Below, in pieces: positions 1 to 9,249 of a stretch of 64,000 nt of DNA. A program made the translations under genes and the position numbers. Position 1 is the stretch's first letter. Every line of letters begins with the position of its first letter. The notes beneath the pieces were generated by a model. It had not been told where the DNA came from. It saw only the letters and a list, made by a program, of their open reading frames with translations, and did not search any database. Origin of the DNA: Bacteroidales bacterium (lineage in GTDB: Bacteria > Bacteroidota > Bacteroidia > Bacteroidales > UBA4181); the NCBI GenBank assembly GCA_031551645.1, contig JAVBNI010000069.1, forward strand, positions 19,759 through 83,758, in the 5' to 3' direction.

Positions 1-936
1 GCTTATGACAATCGTTGGGGAACGATGAAAACAAAAGACTTCATCAAACGCAGAATCATACGCCTGCATCCGATGGTTGTGATGGGAGCTGTCATAGGGG
101 CTATCATGTTCTATTTTCAAGGTTGCTCCGTATGGGATGTATCGAAAGTTACTGTCTTGGCTTTGTTTATCGCCACATCTATTAACATGTTATTAATTCC
201 GGCGACTCCCGGAACCGAAATCAGAGGTTTGGGAGAAATGTTCCCTTTGAATGGACCAAGCTGGTCTTTATTCTTTGAGTATATCGGAAATATTCTCTAT
301 GCCCTGTTCATACGTAAACTTCCTACCAAAGCTCTTGCGATATTGGTTTTTGTTGCCGGATGCGCCTTGGCGACATTTGCCATATTGGGGCCGTTGGGTG
401 ATATCTGCGTCGGATATTCACTGACTGGGACAGAATTTACCGGAGGATCTTTACGGTTGTTATTTTCTTTTTCTGCCGGATTGCTCCTTTCCCGTATTTT
501 CAAGCCTGCCGCTAATGTAAAGGGCGCTTTTTGGATATGCGGCCTGTCGATCGTTACCCTCCTGGCAATACCACGTATAGGTGGAGCTGAACATTTATGG
601 ATGAACGGGATGTATGATACCATGTGCTGTGTCGTGTTTTTTCCGCTACTTGTCTATCTTGGGGCTTCAGGAAAGACGACTGACAAATATACGACTCTGA
701 TATGCAAATTTTTAGGAGACATTTCTTATCCTTTATATATGGTACATTACCCTTTTATTTATCTGTATTATGCTTGGGTAAAGAATCATCATCTCACATT
801 TCAGGAATCATTGCCCGGTGCAGCAGGAGTTGTTATAGGAAGCATTGTTTTAGCCTATATCTGTTTGAAATTTTATGATATACCGGTACGGAAATACTTG
901 GCGAATCGATTTTTAAAGTCAAAAAACAAGATATAA
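1..936 (+). CDS. acyltransferase family 3 (OafA/YrhL-like) integral membrane protein, 5'-partial
   Basis: Frame 1 is open from nt 1, with no stop before the ATG at 25. The protein is a multi-pass hydrophobic protein with an RRIIRLHP motif typical of acyltransferase_3. Confidence 0.7.
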   Translation, partial: AYDNRWGTMKTKDFIKRRIIRLHPMVVMGAVIGAIMFYFQGCSVWDVSKVTVLALFIATSINMLLIPATPGTEIRGLGEMFPLNGPSWSLFFEYIGNILYALFIRKLPTKALAILVFVAGCALATFAILGPLGDICVGYSLTGTEFTGGSLRLLFSFSAGLLLSRIFKPAANVKGAFWICGLSIVTLLAIPRIGGAEHLWMNGMYDTMCCVVFFPLLVYLGASGKTTDKYTTLICKFLGDISYPLYMVHYPFIYLYYAWVKNHHLTFQESLPGAAGVVIGSIVLAYICLKFYDIPVRKYLANRFLKSKNKI

Positions 937-1097
937 CCTTATTTTGGGTTGTATTTAGAGCTTGTTTAAATTTTAAATCAAAAATGATATTATAGATTAC
1001 TTCGGCCTCGTTCCTCGTCCTACCAATGACAGATTTGCGTAAATCGCTGATTTTAAGACAATTTGTTATAACCGCATTGTGCCGCATTTTTTTGGGG

Positions 1098-1155
1098 TAG
1101 CTTCTCGTAATGACGTTGATAGCGCGTCATTGCGAGACATAGTCGAAGCAATCTT
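1098..1155. repeat. palindromic element with CTCGTAATGACG / CGTCATTGCGAG arms followed by GAAGCAATCT
   Basis: An inverted repeat is visible at 1104-1115 / 1125-1136. The same words recur at 7175-7249. Confidence 0.6.
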
Positions 1156-1439
1156 ATATGTTTCTTAAAACTCACAATTGTGTGGTTATCAAATATAAAT
1201 CTTATTTTTAATGGGCTTTTAATATCTGCGAAATTTTGTTTATTTTTGAAGTACTATTGCCGACACGGTCAGTGGGGTAATGGAAATTCTGCTTGTTGTC
1301 TTTCAATCAACAAAATATGATGAATACGAGACTATTCATCTTTAATTGGTTTGTATCCAAATGCAACATCATGGAATGATTTCGTGATCATGATGGAAAA
1401 TTCTCAAAAAATAATAACCTTGACTTTAACGATATCCCA

Positions 1440-2651
1440 ATGAACAATCAATTAAATCGTCGTAGTTTTATCGGAATAATGGGGGTCACGGCAGGCATGG
1501 CTTGTCTGTCGCCTCGTTTTGCATTTGCAGGAATACCTGCTTCTACCCGTAAGCTGAGGCTTGGCGTAGTGGGTGGTAATTTCGGACGGTCATTCTTTTT
1601 CAACGAACATCCCAATTGCACTGTAGAAGCCGTTAGTGATCTGATCCCAGAGCGACGCCAGGCATTGATGGATGTCTATCATTGCAAAAAATCCTACGAG
1701 TCGTTGGAAATTTTGCTTCGCGATCCCAAAATAGAAGCAGTTGGCTTGTTTACTCCGGCTACCGATCATGCGCGGCATGTCATACAAACGCTCAATGCAG
1801 GTAAACATGTGCTTAGTGCTGTCCCTGCAGTGATGAGTATTCAGGAAGCTCATGAGGTATCGGAAGCAGTTAAACGTACCGGTCTTACTTATATGATGGC
1901 CGAAACGAGCGCTTATTTCCAGGTGGTTATTTCAGCAAAGAAATTCTATCGGGAAGGATTATTTGGGAATATTTTCAGCAGTGCGGGTCAGTACTATCAT
2001 CCAGGGCTCGAAGAGCTTTACTTTACAAAAGATGGTAAAACGACCTGGAGGCACGGTCTTCCCCCAATGCTGTACCCTACCCATGTAACAGCCCACATCG
2101 TGGCTGTTACCGGAGAAAGGCTCACAACTGTCAGTTGCAACGGATGGGGTGATGATAGTCCGATCTTGAGAAACAACTGGTTTGGAAATCCTTTCTGGAA
2201 CGAAACTGCATTTTTCAGAACGAACAAGGGCAATACTTTTATTGGGGAAGTATGTTGGAAAGGCGCTCTTGTTGGTGTGGAACGGGGCGAATGGCATGGC
2301 GATAAGATGAGTTTTTATTCGGATTATAAGGGAAGTGGCGATCATAAAGTAACAGTTACCGAAGAATTGGGAACCGAACATGGTGGCTTTGTCGTTGCGA
2401 AGCCCAAAATGGAGTCTTATCCACGGGAGATGTGGTGGAAAACCGATATGCTACCCGAACCTATGCGTCACAGGAGTGGACATGAAGATTCCCATTGTTT
2501 TATTACACATGAATTTATTGATTCCATTATCAACGGGCGCGAACCGGAGGTTAATATTCGTGAAGCATTAGCATATACCGTACCGGGGATCATTGCCCAC
2601 GAATCAGCAATGAAAAACGGCGAACAATTGAAGATTCCAAGTTTTTATTAA
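1440..2651 (+). CDS. Gfo/Idh/MocA family NAD-binding oxidoreductase with twin-arginine (TAT) signal
   Basis: The N-terminus NRRSFIGIMGVTAG...AFA looks like a TAT signal. It is followed by a Rossmann-like LRLGVVGGNFG segment and a Gfo/Idh/MocA-like body. Confidence 0.75.
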   Translation: MNNQLNRRSFIGIMGVTAGMACLSPRFAFAGIPASTRKLRLGVVGGNFGRSFFFNEHPNCTVEAVSDLIPERRQALMDVYHCKKSYESLEILLRDPKIEAVGLFTPATDHARHVIQTLNAGKHVLSAVPAVMSIQEAHEVSEAVKRTGLTYMMAETSAYFQVVISAKKFYREGLFGNIFSSAGQYYHPGLEELYFTKDGKTTWRHGLPPMLYPTHVTAHIVAVTGERLTTVSCNGWGDDSPILRNNWFGNPFWNETAFFRTNKGNTFIGEVCWKGALVGVERGEWHGDKMSFYSDYKGSGDHKVTVTEELGTEHGGFVVAKPKMESYPREMWWKTDMLPEPMRHRSGHEDSHCFITHEFIDSIINGREPEVNIREALAYTVPGIIAHESAMKNGEQLKIPSFY

Positions 2652-2721
2652 ATTGACTTATATCTAGCAGATTTATGTCAACCTTATTGTTCAAAAACAT
2701 TTTAGTATATGACAAAATATT

Positions 2722-2912
2722 TATGAGGCTTGAAAAGCCCGATTTTCATAACTGCAGGTCAATGACCTGCAGAGAAGGCAACAGACAATTATTGCCTGCA
2801 AGGCAAGACGTATTCTTGTTCTATATGTCTTGCCTTACAGGCAATGTCTATGTTAGTTGTCAATCCGCAAGTTGCGCTTCGCTTACTTGCGGTTATGAAA
2901 ATCTCGCCTTCC
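2722..2912 (+). repeat. structured four-hairpin repeat, copy A (family also at 39068-39316)
   Basis: Imperfect terminal inverted repeats GCTTGAAAAGC..ATTTTCATAAC / GTTATGAAAAT enclose four hairpins: CTGCAGGTC-AAT-GACCTGCAG, TTGCC-TGCA-AGGCAA, TTGCC-TTAC-AGGCAA and CCGCAAGT..ACTTGCGG. Confidence 0.75.
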
Positions 2913-2976
2913 AGGCATAGAATAAGGAATGCCTAAATTTTGTTATGTACTAAGCAAAAACATATAAACCTCTTTT

Positions 2977-4125
2977 ATGAAAATCATTCGCCTCATTATC
3001 TATATTCTTTGTTGCCAGATTTTTCCTGCTATTGCTCAATCTGTATGGTCGCTCATGCCTTATCTTCAGAATCCTGCGCAGGACGGTATCACCGTCATGT
3101 GGCGAACTGCTGAACCATCGTATAGTTGGATCGAATATGGTACGGATAGCGTCAGTCTGAAAACTGCCCGTACTGTGGGGCATGGCATTGTTCAAGCAAA
3201 TATCACCAGACATAAAGTCCGTATCAACGGATTGGCGCCCGGGCAAAAATACTATTACCGGGTATGTTCTCAGAAAGTGCTGAAATATGAGGCGTACAAA
3301 AAAGAATTTGATAAGCCGGTGAAGACAAGATTTTATTCGTTCACCACGCTTGATGCCAAAGGAACTGATTTTACCTGCGTATTTTTCAATGATCTGCATA
3401 GCAACTTGCCGGTATTTGATCTTTTGTGCAAACAACTTAGAGGCATACCGTATGACTTCGTCGTTTTCAATGGCGATTGTTTTCAGGATCCGATATCTGA
3501 AGAACATGAACTTGGCTTGCTGGCACATTATACCAAATCAGTGAACGCGGTCAGTAAACCGGTTGTTTTCATGAGAGGCAACCACGAAATTCGTGGGGCA
3601 TATGCCACAGGCTGGCCAAGTTTGGTAGATTGGGACAACAATAATCCTTATTTTTCATTTTCATTCGGCGACACCCGGTTTGTTTTTCTTGATTGTGGCG
3701 AGGACAAGAGTGATAGCCATGTCGAGTATTCTAATATGAATGAATTTGACGGGTTTCGCGACAGGGAGACTGCCTGGTTGATGGATGAGATCACGCAGCC
3801 TGCTTTTCGTAATTCATCCCGCCGAATCCTGGTACAACATATCCCGATCTATGGTTGGACCAACAGTCATGATCCCGGTTTTATTCCTTGCCGTGACCTG
3901 TGGGATCCAATTTATAAAAAAACGCCTTTCGATATTAATATTACCGGACATTTACACAATTTCAAATTCTATCCTTCAGGAAAGGCAAATAATCCGTTTC
4001 CCTTGGTTGTGGGTGGCGGTAACAACGAACAGTCGGCAAGAGTGATGATTTTACAGAAAATGGGTAATAAATTAACCTTAAAGTCGATTGACTGCTATGG
4101 GAAAGTCGAAATTTTTAATCTGTAG
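2977..4125 (+). CDS. secreted metallophosphoesterase, purple-acid-phosphatase-like
   Basis: A signal peptide is followed by an FN3-like N-terminal domain. The calcineurin-like motifs FNDLH, GDCFQD, GNHE and GHLH are present. Confidence 0.75.
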   Translation: MKIIRLIIYILCCQIFPAIAQSVWSLMPYLQNPAQDGITVMWRTAEPSYSWIEYGTDSVSLKTARTVGHGIVQANITRHKVRINGLAPGQKYYYRVCSQKVLKYEAYKKEFDKPVKTRFYSFTTLDAKGTDFTCVFFNDLHSNLPVFDLLCKQLRGIPYDFVVFNGDCFQDPISEEHELGLLAHYTKSVNAVSKPVVFMRGNHEIRGAYATGWPSLVDWDNNNPYFSFSFGDTRFVFLDCGEDKSDSHVEYSNMNEFDGFRDRETAWLMDEITQPAFRNSSRRILVQHIPIYGWTNSHDPGFIPCRDLWDPIYKKTPFDINITGHLHNFKFYPSGKANNPFPLVVGGGNNEQSARVMILQKMGNKLTLKSIDCYGKVEIFNL

Positions 4126-4322
4126 GTGGCTGAAAAAGACTTGTATGTGATAAAACTTCCGACCTTTACCGTTCCAGCTAATGTCCGATTCATTATCTTT
4201 GTAAGATATGAATATACGGACAGTACATAATAAATACTTTCGCCGTAAGCACACTATTCGATAATCATTACATATTTTTCCTCTTTTTTATATCAAAATC
4301 ATCCAACCAAAATCACCCGATT

Positions 4323-6695
4323 ATGACCCGCGAAAAAAAACAGAAAAACAGTCAACCCCTATGGGTTGTATTTTATGTCATCAGTTTGGTTATCATAACG
4401 TCTTGCAAACAAGAACCATTGATTGATTATGTCGATCCGCACATTGGTACGGCTCATTGCCGGTGGTTTCATTTCACACCGGGAGCTGTTCCTTTCGGGA
4501 TGGCCAAAGTCGCCCCGTCAACCAATGCTCATTATGGTAATCCCAGCGGCTGGGAAGCAGTAGGATATGACATTCGAGACAAATCAATTGAGGGTTTTGC
4601 CAACTTCCACGAATTTCAGGTGGGGGGAGTAGTGATTGCCCCGATGGTTGGGGAACTGAAAACTGTCCCTGGTGATACGGGAACTGTCGGTAACGGTTAC
4701 CGTTCACGTTTCGATAAGAAAGATGAATTTGCTACCGCAGGATATTATTCCGTATTACTGAAAGATTACAATGTAAAAGCCGAGCTGACTGCAACCAAAC
4801 GGGTCGGATTTCATCGGTACACTTTTCCCGAATCGACATCTTCACATATTATTTTTGACATCGGGAATCGTCAGGGAGAAAGCGGCCGGGTGAAAGATGC
4901 CCAAGTGACCTATACTTCCGATGGCCGGATTGAAGGTTACGTGGTGACTAACCCGGAATATGTCAAAAAATACCAGGCAGGAGCGGAGGTTGCCATGTAT
5001 TTTTCGGCCGAGTTGGATAAACAACCTGCGAGTTGGGGCGCATTTAATGCAAACGACCGGAAAGACGGGGTAAGAGAAGCAACCGGCCCTGGCGCCGGCA
5101 TATACCTTACTTATGCCACCAAAGCAGGCGACGATGTTAACATCAAAATCGGATTGTCATATACCTCTATTGACAATGCCCGCCTGAACCTCAGTACCGA
5201 AGCAGCTGCAATGAATTTCGACCAGGCCCACAAAACGGCAACCCGCACATGGAATGATTATCTGGGGCGCATCCGTGTGGAAGGAGAGAATCGGCCGGAT
5301 AAGATAAAGTTTTACACAGGATTGTATCATGCTCTTTTGGGACGGGGATTAGCCAGTGACGTAAACGGCGCGTATCCCAAAAACGATGGTGGCGTTGGGC
5401 AAATCGAATGTGACGAAAAGGGACAACCGAAACACCACCATTATAACACCGACGCTATTTGGGGCGCTTTCTGGAATCTGACTCAACTTTGGACATTGGC
5501 GTATCCTGAATATTATTCAGACTGGATACAAAGCCAGTTATTGGTTTATAAAGATGCCGGATGGCTGGGTGACGGGATTGCTTGCAGCAAGTATGTGTCG
5601 GGAGTAGGGACCAATTTCGTAAGTCTTGCCATAGCCGCAGCCTACAATTGCGGGATACGCGATTTCGATGTGCAACAGGGATACCAGGCTGCCCTGAAAA
5701 ATGAAATTGGTTGGGAAGGACGTGTTGAAGGTGCAGGGAAAATGGATGTGCGTCAATTTATTGAAAGAGGATATTCGCCTTATATCGAGGACATTTCAAA
5801 GTTGGGTAAATCCGAAGGAGCTGTTATCGGGTCGCGCTTCAGTGCGTCGCATACATTGGAATATTCATTCAGTTCCTATGCTGTTGGCGGTATGGCCAAA
5901 CAACTGGGTAAAGAGGCTGATTACAAACAACTCATGCGATTATCCAAGGGATGGAAAAATCTTTATGATCCCGAAACGAAATTCATTCGTCCGAAAGACG
6001 AGAATGGGCTTTTCCTTGACAATTTCAACCCCTCGCAACCCTGGCGCGGTTTCCAGGAAGGCAATGCATGGCAATATACCTTTTATGTGCCTCATGACAT
6101 ACCGCAATTGATCGACACATTGGGCCGCGATCTGTTCAATGAACGTTTGGAAAACATATTTGTCGAATCGCAGAAAAAAGTTTTTGGAGGAGGAACCACC
6201 ATCAATGCTTTTTCGGGATTGGAAACCTTGTACAATCATGGCAACCAGCCAAGCTTGCACATATCATGGTTATTTAATTTCTCGGATAAACCATGGCTGA
6301 CCCAAAAATGGACACGCGCTATTTGCGATGAATTCTACGGTACGGAACCCATTCACGGATATGGTTACGGGCAGGACGAGGACCAGGGACAACTCGGCGC
6401 ATGGTATGTGATGGCGGCTATTGGTTTATTCGACGTCAAAGCCTTGACCGGCGAAAATCCTCAATTCCAAATTGGTAGTCCGATGTTTGATAAGGTGACT
6501 ATCCAGTTGCACCCAAAGTATCACCAGGGGAAAAAATTAGTCATTGAAGCAAAAAATAATAGTAAGACCAATGTCTACCTTCAATCGATCAAATGGAAAG
6601 GTAACGCTCACCCGTCGGTATTTATTCCCTATTCGGAAATTACCGGAGGAGGCCGATTGGAAATGGAAATGGGTCCCGAACCAAATATGAAATGA
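4323..6695 (+). CDS. GH92 family alpha-mannosidase (lipoprotein)
   Basis: The 790-aa protein has a lipobox (IITSC). The N-terminal DYVDPHIGT motif and overall GH92-like sequence match the paralog at 27818-30130. Confidence 0.85.
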   Translation: MTREKKQKNSQPLWVVFYVISLVIITSCKQEPLIDYVDPHIGTAHCRWFHFTPGAVPFGMAKVAPSTNAHYGNPSGWEAVGYDIRDKSIEGFANFHEFQVGGVVIAPMVGELKTVPGDTGTVGNGYRSRFDKKDEFATAGYYSVLLKDYNVKAELTATKRVGFHRYTFPESTSSHIIFDIGNRQGESGRVKDAQVTYTSDGRIEGYVVTNPEYVKKYQAGAEVAMYFSAELDKQPASWGAFNANDRKDGVREATGPGAGIYLTYATKAGDDVNIKIGLSYTSIDNARLNLSTEAAAMNFDQAHKTATRTWNDYLGRIRVEGENRPDKIKFYTGLYHALLGRGLASDVNGAYPKNDGGVGQIECDEKGQPKHHHYNTDAIWGAFWNLTQLWTLAYPEYYSDWIQSQLLVYKDAGWLGDGIACSKYVSGVGTNFVSLAIAAAYNCGIRDFDVQQGYQAALKNEIGWEGRVEGAGKMDVRQFIERGYSPYIEDISKLGKSEGAVIGSRFSASHTLEYSFSSYAVGGMAKQLGKEADYKQLMRLSKGWKNLYDPETKFIRPKDENGLFLDNFNPSQPWRGFQEGNAWQYTFYVPHDIPQLIDTLGRDLFNERLENIFVESQKKVFGGGTTINAFSGLETLYNHGNQPSLHISWLFNFSDKPWLTQKWTRAICDEFYGTEPIHGYGYGQDEDQGQLGAWYVMAAIGLFDVKALTGENPQFQIGSPMFDKVTIQLHPKYHQGKKLVIEAKNNSKTNVYLQSIKWKGNAHPSVFIPYSEITGGGRLEMEMGPEPNMK

Positions 6696-6714
6696 CACAT
6701 ACTGAAACAGCAAC

Positions 6715-6750
6715 TCTCCCTGACAGTGGTCGATAGACCCTGTCAGAGGA
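6715..6750 (+). terminator. hairpin downstream of GH92 (CTCCCTGACAG ... CTGTCAGAGGAG)
   Basis: An inverted repeat lies 20 nt after the stop codon. There is no clear T-tract. Confidence 0.35.
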
Positions 6751-7140
6751 GAACAAGTGATAAAGATACGCTAAGCCTAAAGTGCGGTTATTCAATGAAA
6801 AAACATATATCAAGTGCTGTCAGTTATCTGACTGGTATTTTGAAGATCTATTTACAAGTTATATTACAGTATCCAATAACCAACAATTGTCCTTTGGCCC
6901 TTGTAGAACATGGTGTAAATAAAAATAGGTAATATTCTAATCGTTATTTGTCCAACCCCCGAAAACAAACAACATTTTGCCAAGCTGGAAGGAATGTATG
7001 CACACATCCATGAACTGGGTTACCGTAAAATGCCTGACAAGATGTACCTGGAGTGGCTTATGTCACTGAATGGGCGAAAGGAATATCATAACCAAGGAAA
7101 ATCCCAAAGTAGTACATATTAGTATATTTAGAATAATAGC

Positions 7141-7281
7141 AAAAAGAGGTTGTTCAAAAAGTCTATTTTCGGCTCGTCATTGCGAATGGTGGCAAAACAA
7201 TCTATTTGATTATTAGCAGATTGCTTCGTCGTTCCTTCTCGCAATGACGTTTATTTTCGACTTTTTGAACAGCCTCTTTTT
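7141..7281. repeat. nested palindromic element (outer 23-nt arms, inner CGTCATTGCGA / TCGCAATGACG arms)
   Basis: The arm AAAAAGAGGTTGTTCAAAAAGTC (7141-7163) pairs with 7259-7281 with 1 mismatch. The inner arms are at 7175-7186 / 7237-7249. Confidence 0.7.
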
Positions 7282-7306
7282 GTATACTAATTTAATTGTT
7301 GAATAA

Positions 7307-7621
7307 CTATTGCATGACCTTTATTTGTTCGATCAGTTTTTCAATTTCTTTATCCAGTTCCCTTAACGTTTTCTTTTTCCGAAACAATGAAGACACCTTG
7401 CCAAAGAAGGTTTTTGGAGGACGAAGGTTCCTGCAATATCTGGAAAGGAACATATTTTTGATGATCATATATGAATACATTTCCATTTCGGGAGAAGCAT
7501 TCGATTGTATAAGTTGTTCCTTTAACTCTAAAACCACATTAAGCAGCCACTCCAAGGTATTTATGTCAATTCCTGTTCGTCGTGAGAAACGATACAATAA
7601 TTTACGATACATCAATTTCAT
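7307..7621 (-). CDS. hypothetical small protein (104 aa, helical / coiled-coil-like C-terminus)
   Basis: This ORF lies 56 nt downstream of the kinase gene on the same strand. Its composition looks more protein-like than the overlapping plus-strand ORF. I recognise no family. Confidence 0.35.
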   Translation of the reverse strand: MKLMYRKLLYRFSRRTGIDINTLEWLLNVVLELKEQLIQSNASPEMEMYSYMIIKNMFLSRYCRNLRPPKTFFGKVSSLFRKKKTLRELDKEIEKLIEQIKVMQ

Positions 7622-7677
7622 AACTTTACACTTTCGTACTTGGCCGGCAATATATAAATAAAAAATGGAATATCTCC

Positions 7678-9108
7678 TTACAGTAGAATGGAATTCAATG
7701 AATTCAACTTCCGTACATGGAGATTAAATGCCTGTACTGCTTTTATCTGGTCTTGGGTGATGGGAAATTCGAGCCTGACTTCGGTATATTCTTTTTGTTT
7801 GCTGTGAATATGTATTTTGCCACCGAAAGTACGCACCAGGGACTCTACATAAGGCAAACCCGACCCAAGCCCTTCCATGTGTTTGGGTAAGATAGGATCG
7901 CCTAAAAGTCCTATATATGAAGGTCTAAAAACAAATTCTATTTCGTCCGGATGAATTCCCCACCCGTTGTCACGGACAGTAACAACCAAATTACCGGCAT
8001 CCCGAAAAGCTTTCAGTTCGATATGAACGTTGCCGCCTGAAAATTTTACCGCATTATTCATTAATTCACCCACCATGCTGCTAAAAAAGGCTTCATCAGT
8101 ATAGAAGATGAGATCATCGTCAACCCCTACCGACACTGTCACCTTTTTAAATGTAAGCTTTTCGTAATTTATTTTTTGCGTATAAAACAGGGGAGTAAGT
8201 TCTACGGGCGTTTTGCAAAAGTGCAACAAGCCCTTTTCGTTATCCAAAAACAGTTCCAGCTTCCGGTTTTTGTTGGAGAAGTCGGCTAATCGTTCATAGA
8301 TTACTCTGAGCTTCTCGGCTTTTTCCAATTCATGATCTAAAGCATCCGAAACCTCTTTAATCTCTTTTGCGGACTGATCCAACACCTGTTTGTTTTGTCT
8401 GGCAATGTTACCGATGATCCTGAAACCTTCCCTGCGCATTTGTATCACGTCTTTTACCAGCCGGATGATCAATATCACGGCAATGATGACAAAGACGACA
8501 GAAACGGCCAACCAAAACATAACAGGTTTAAGGACGGCAAGCACCGGTGCTTTCACATAAGCCTTTACGGCAAGGGTATTGAAAAAATCAATCGTGTCGG
8601 TGTCGGCAGTAATATTGTAGTACCCTTCGGGCTTCTTTTCTCTGCTGCTTGCAAGGACTTTGTTTTTTTGCAGGTCGATCAATTCCACATAACTGTCCGA
8701 TACGGTTAGCATTTGCTGCTTCATATAAAACCGGAACAGGCTGTCTAAATGAACCGTATTGATGGGTTTATGGGTATTAAGCAAGAATTGGTATACTCTT
8801 TTGAAAGCAGTAGGGTCGTCTTTCCTGATACGATAATGGATAATGGTATCCTCCATTTCAATAGTTTTATTCAAATACACCGCCGTATCATTTTTATAGG
8901 GTTCAGTCCAATATACAAAACGTGTATCGGGTGAACGTAACCGTAGACCAAATTCCGCATCGATAGCCTGTGTCATTCGATGATTGGCGAATGCCGTGTA
9001 TGTTTGCGACGCTGAACGGTACAACGCTGCAATCCAGACGGACAAAGCGATCAAAATAGCAGCCAACACCAATATTCCCAAACATTTCCAGTAACCTTCC
9101 CTTTTCAT
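7678..9108 (-). CDS. membrane sensor histidine-kinase-like protein (2 TM, periplasmic domain, HATPase_c), atypical H-box
   Basis: The N box ELMNNAVKF, G1 box VRDNGWGI and G2 box GLGSGLPYV are present. There are two TM segments (residues ~10-30 and ~195-215). No canonical SHELRTPL phospho-acceptor motif is visible. Confidence 0.7.
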   Translation of the reverse strand: MKREGYWKCLGILVLAAILIALSVWIAALYRSASQTYTAFANHRMTQAIDAEFGLRLRSPDTRFVYWTEPYKNDTAVYLNKTIEMEDTIIHYRIRKDDPTAFKRVYQFLLNTHKPINTVHLDSLFRFYMKQQMLTVSDSYVELIDLQKNKVLASSREKKPEGYYNITADTDTIDFFNTLAVKAYVKAPVLAVLKPVMFWLAVSVVFVIIAVILIIRLVKDVIQMRREGFRIIGNIARQNKQVLDQSAKEIKEVSDALDHELEKAEKLRVIYERLADFSNKNRKLELFLDNEKGLLHFCKTPVELTPLFYTQKINYEKLTFKKVTVSVGVDDDLIFYTDEAFFSSMVGELMNNAVKFSGGNVHIELKAFRDAGNLVVTVRDNGWGIHPDEIEFVFRPSYIGLLGDPILPKHMEGLGSGLPYVESLVRTFGGKIHIHSKQKEYTEVRLEFPITQDQIKAVQAFNLHVRKLNSLNSILL

Positions 9109-9213
9109 ATGTCATCTATGTGTGTTTAACAATACGTGCAAATTTAATCAATTAATTATTAAAAAAATGTCTGACACAAAAAAAGTAAGCAGTTGTATTC
9201 ATCATTTATTGAT

Positions 9214-9221
9214 TATATTTG
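9214..9221 (+). promoter_or_regulatory. candidate Bacteroidota -7 promoter box TATATTTG
   Basis: The box matches TAnnTTTG and lies 29 nt upstream of the ATG at 9250. Confidence 0.4.
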
Positions 9222-9249
9222 CAGTATTAACCATTAATACACATGAGAG

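Noticed and set aside
2675-2920. An 81-aa ORF in the gap between the oxidoreductase and phosphoesterase genes.
   Set aside because: It coincides with the four-hairpin repeat copy A. Its peptide (…CLTGNV…, …LTCGYENLAF…) is a read-through of palindromic DNA.
6919-7122. An open frame reading ...PENKQHFAKLEGMYAHIHELGYRKMPDKMYLEWLMSLNGRKEYHNQGKSQSSTY, which looks protein-like.
   Set aside because: It has only 42 codons from its first ATG, and I recognise no family. It may be a small gene or the tail of a decayed gene. The evidence is too weak to annotate.
7296-7661. A 121-aa plus-strand ORF overlapping the minus-strand ORF at 7307-7621.
   Set aside because: Its sequence is Ser/Phe/Ile-rich and low-complexity. 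The minus-strand partner looks more protein-like and sits in an operon-like position behind the kinase gene. Even that minus-strand call is low confidence.
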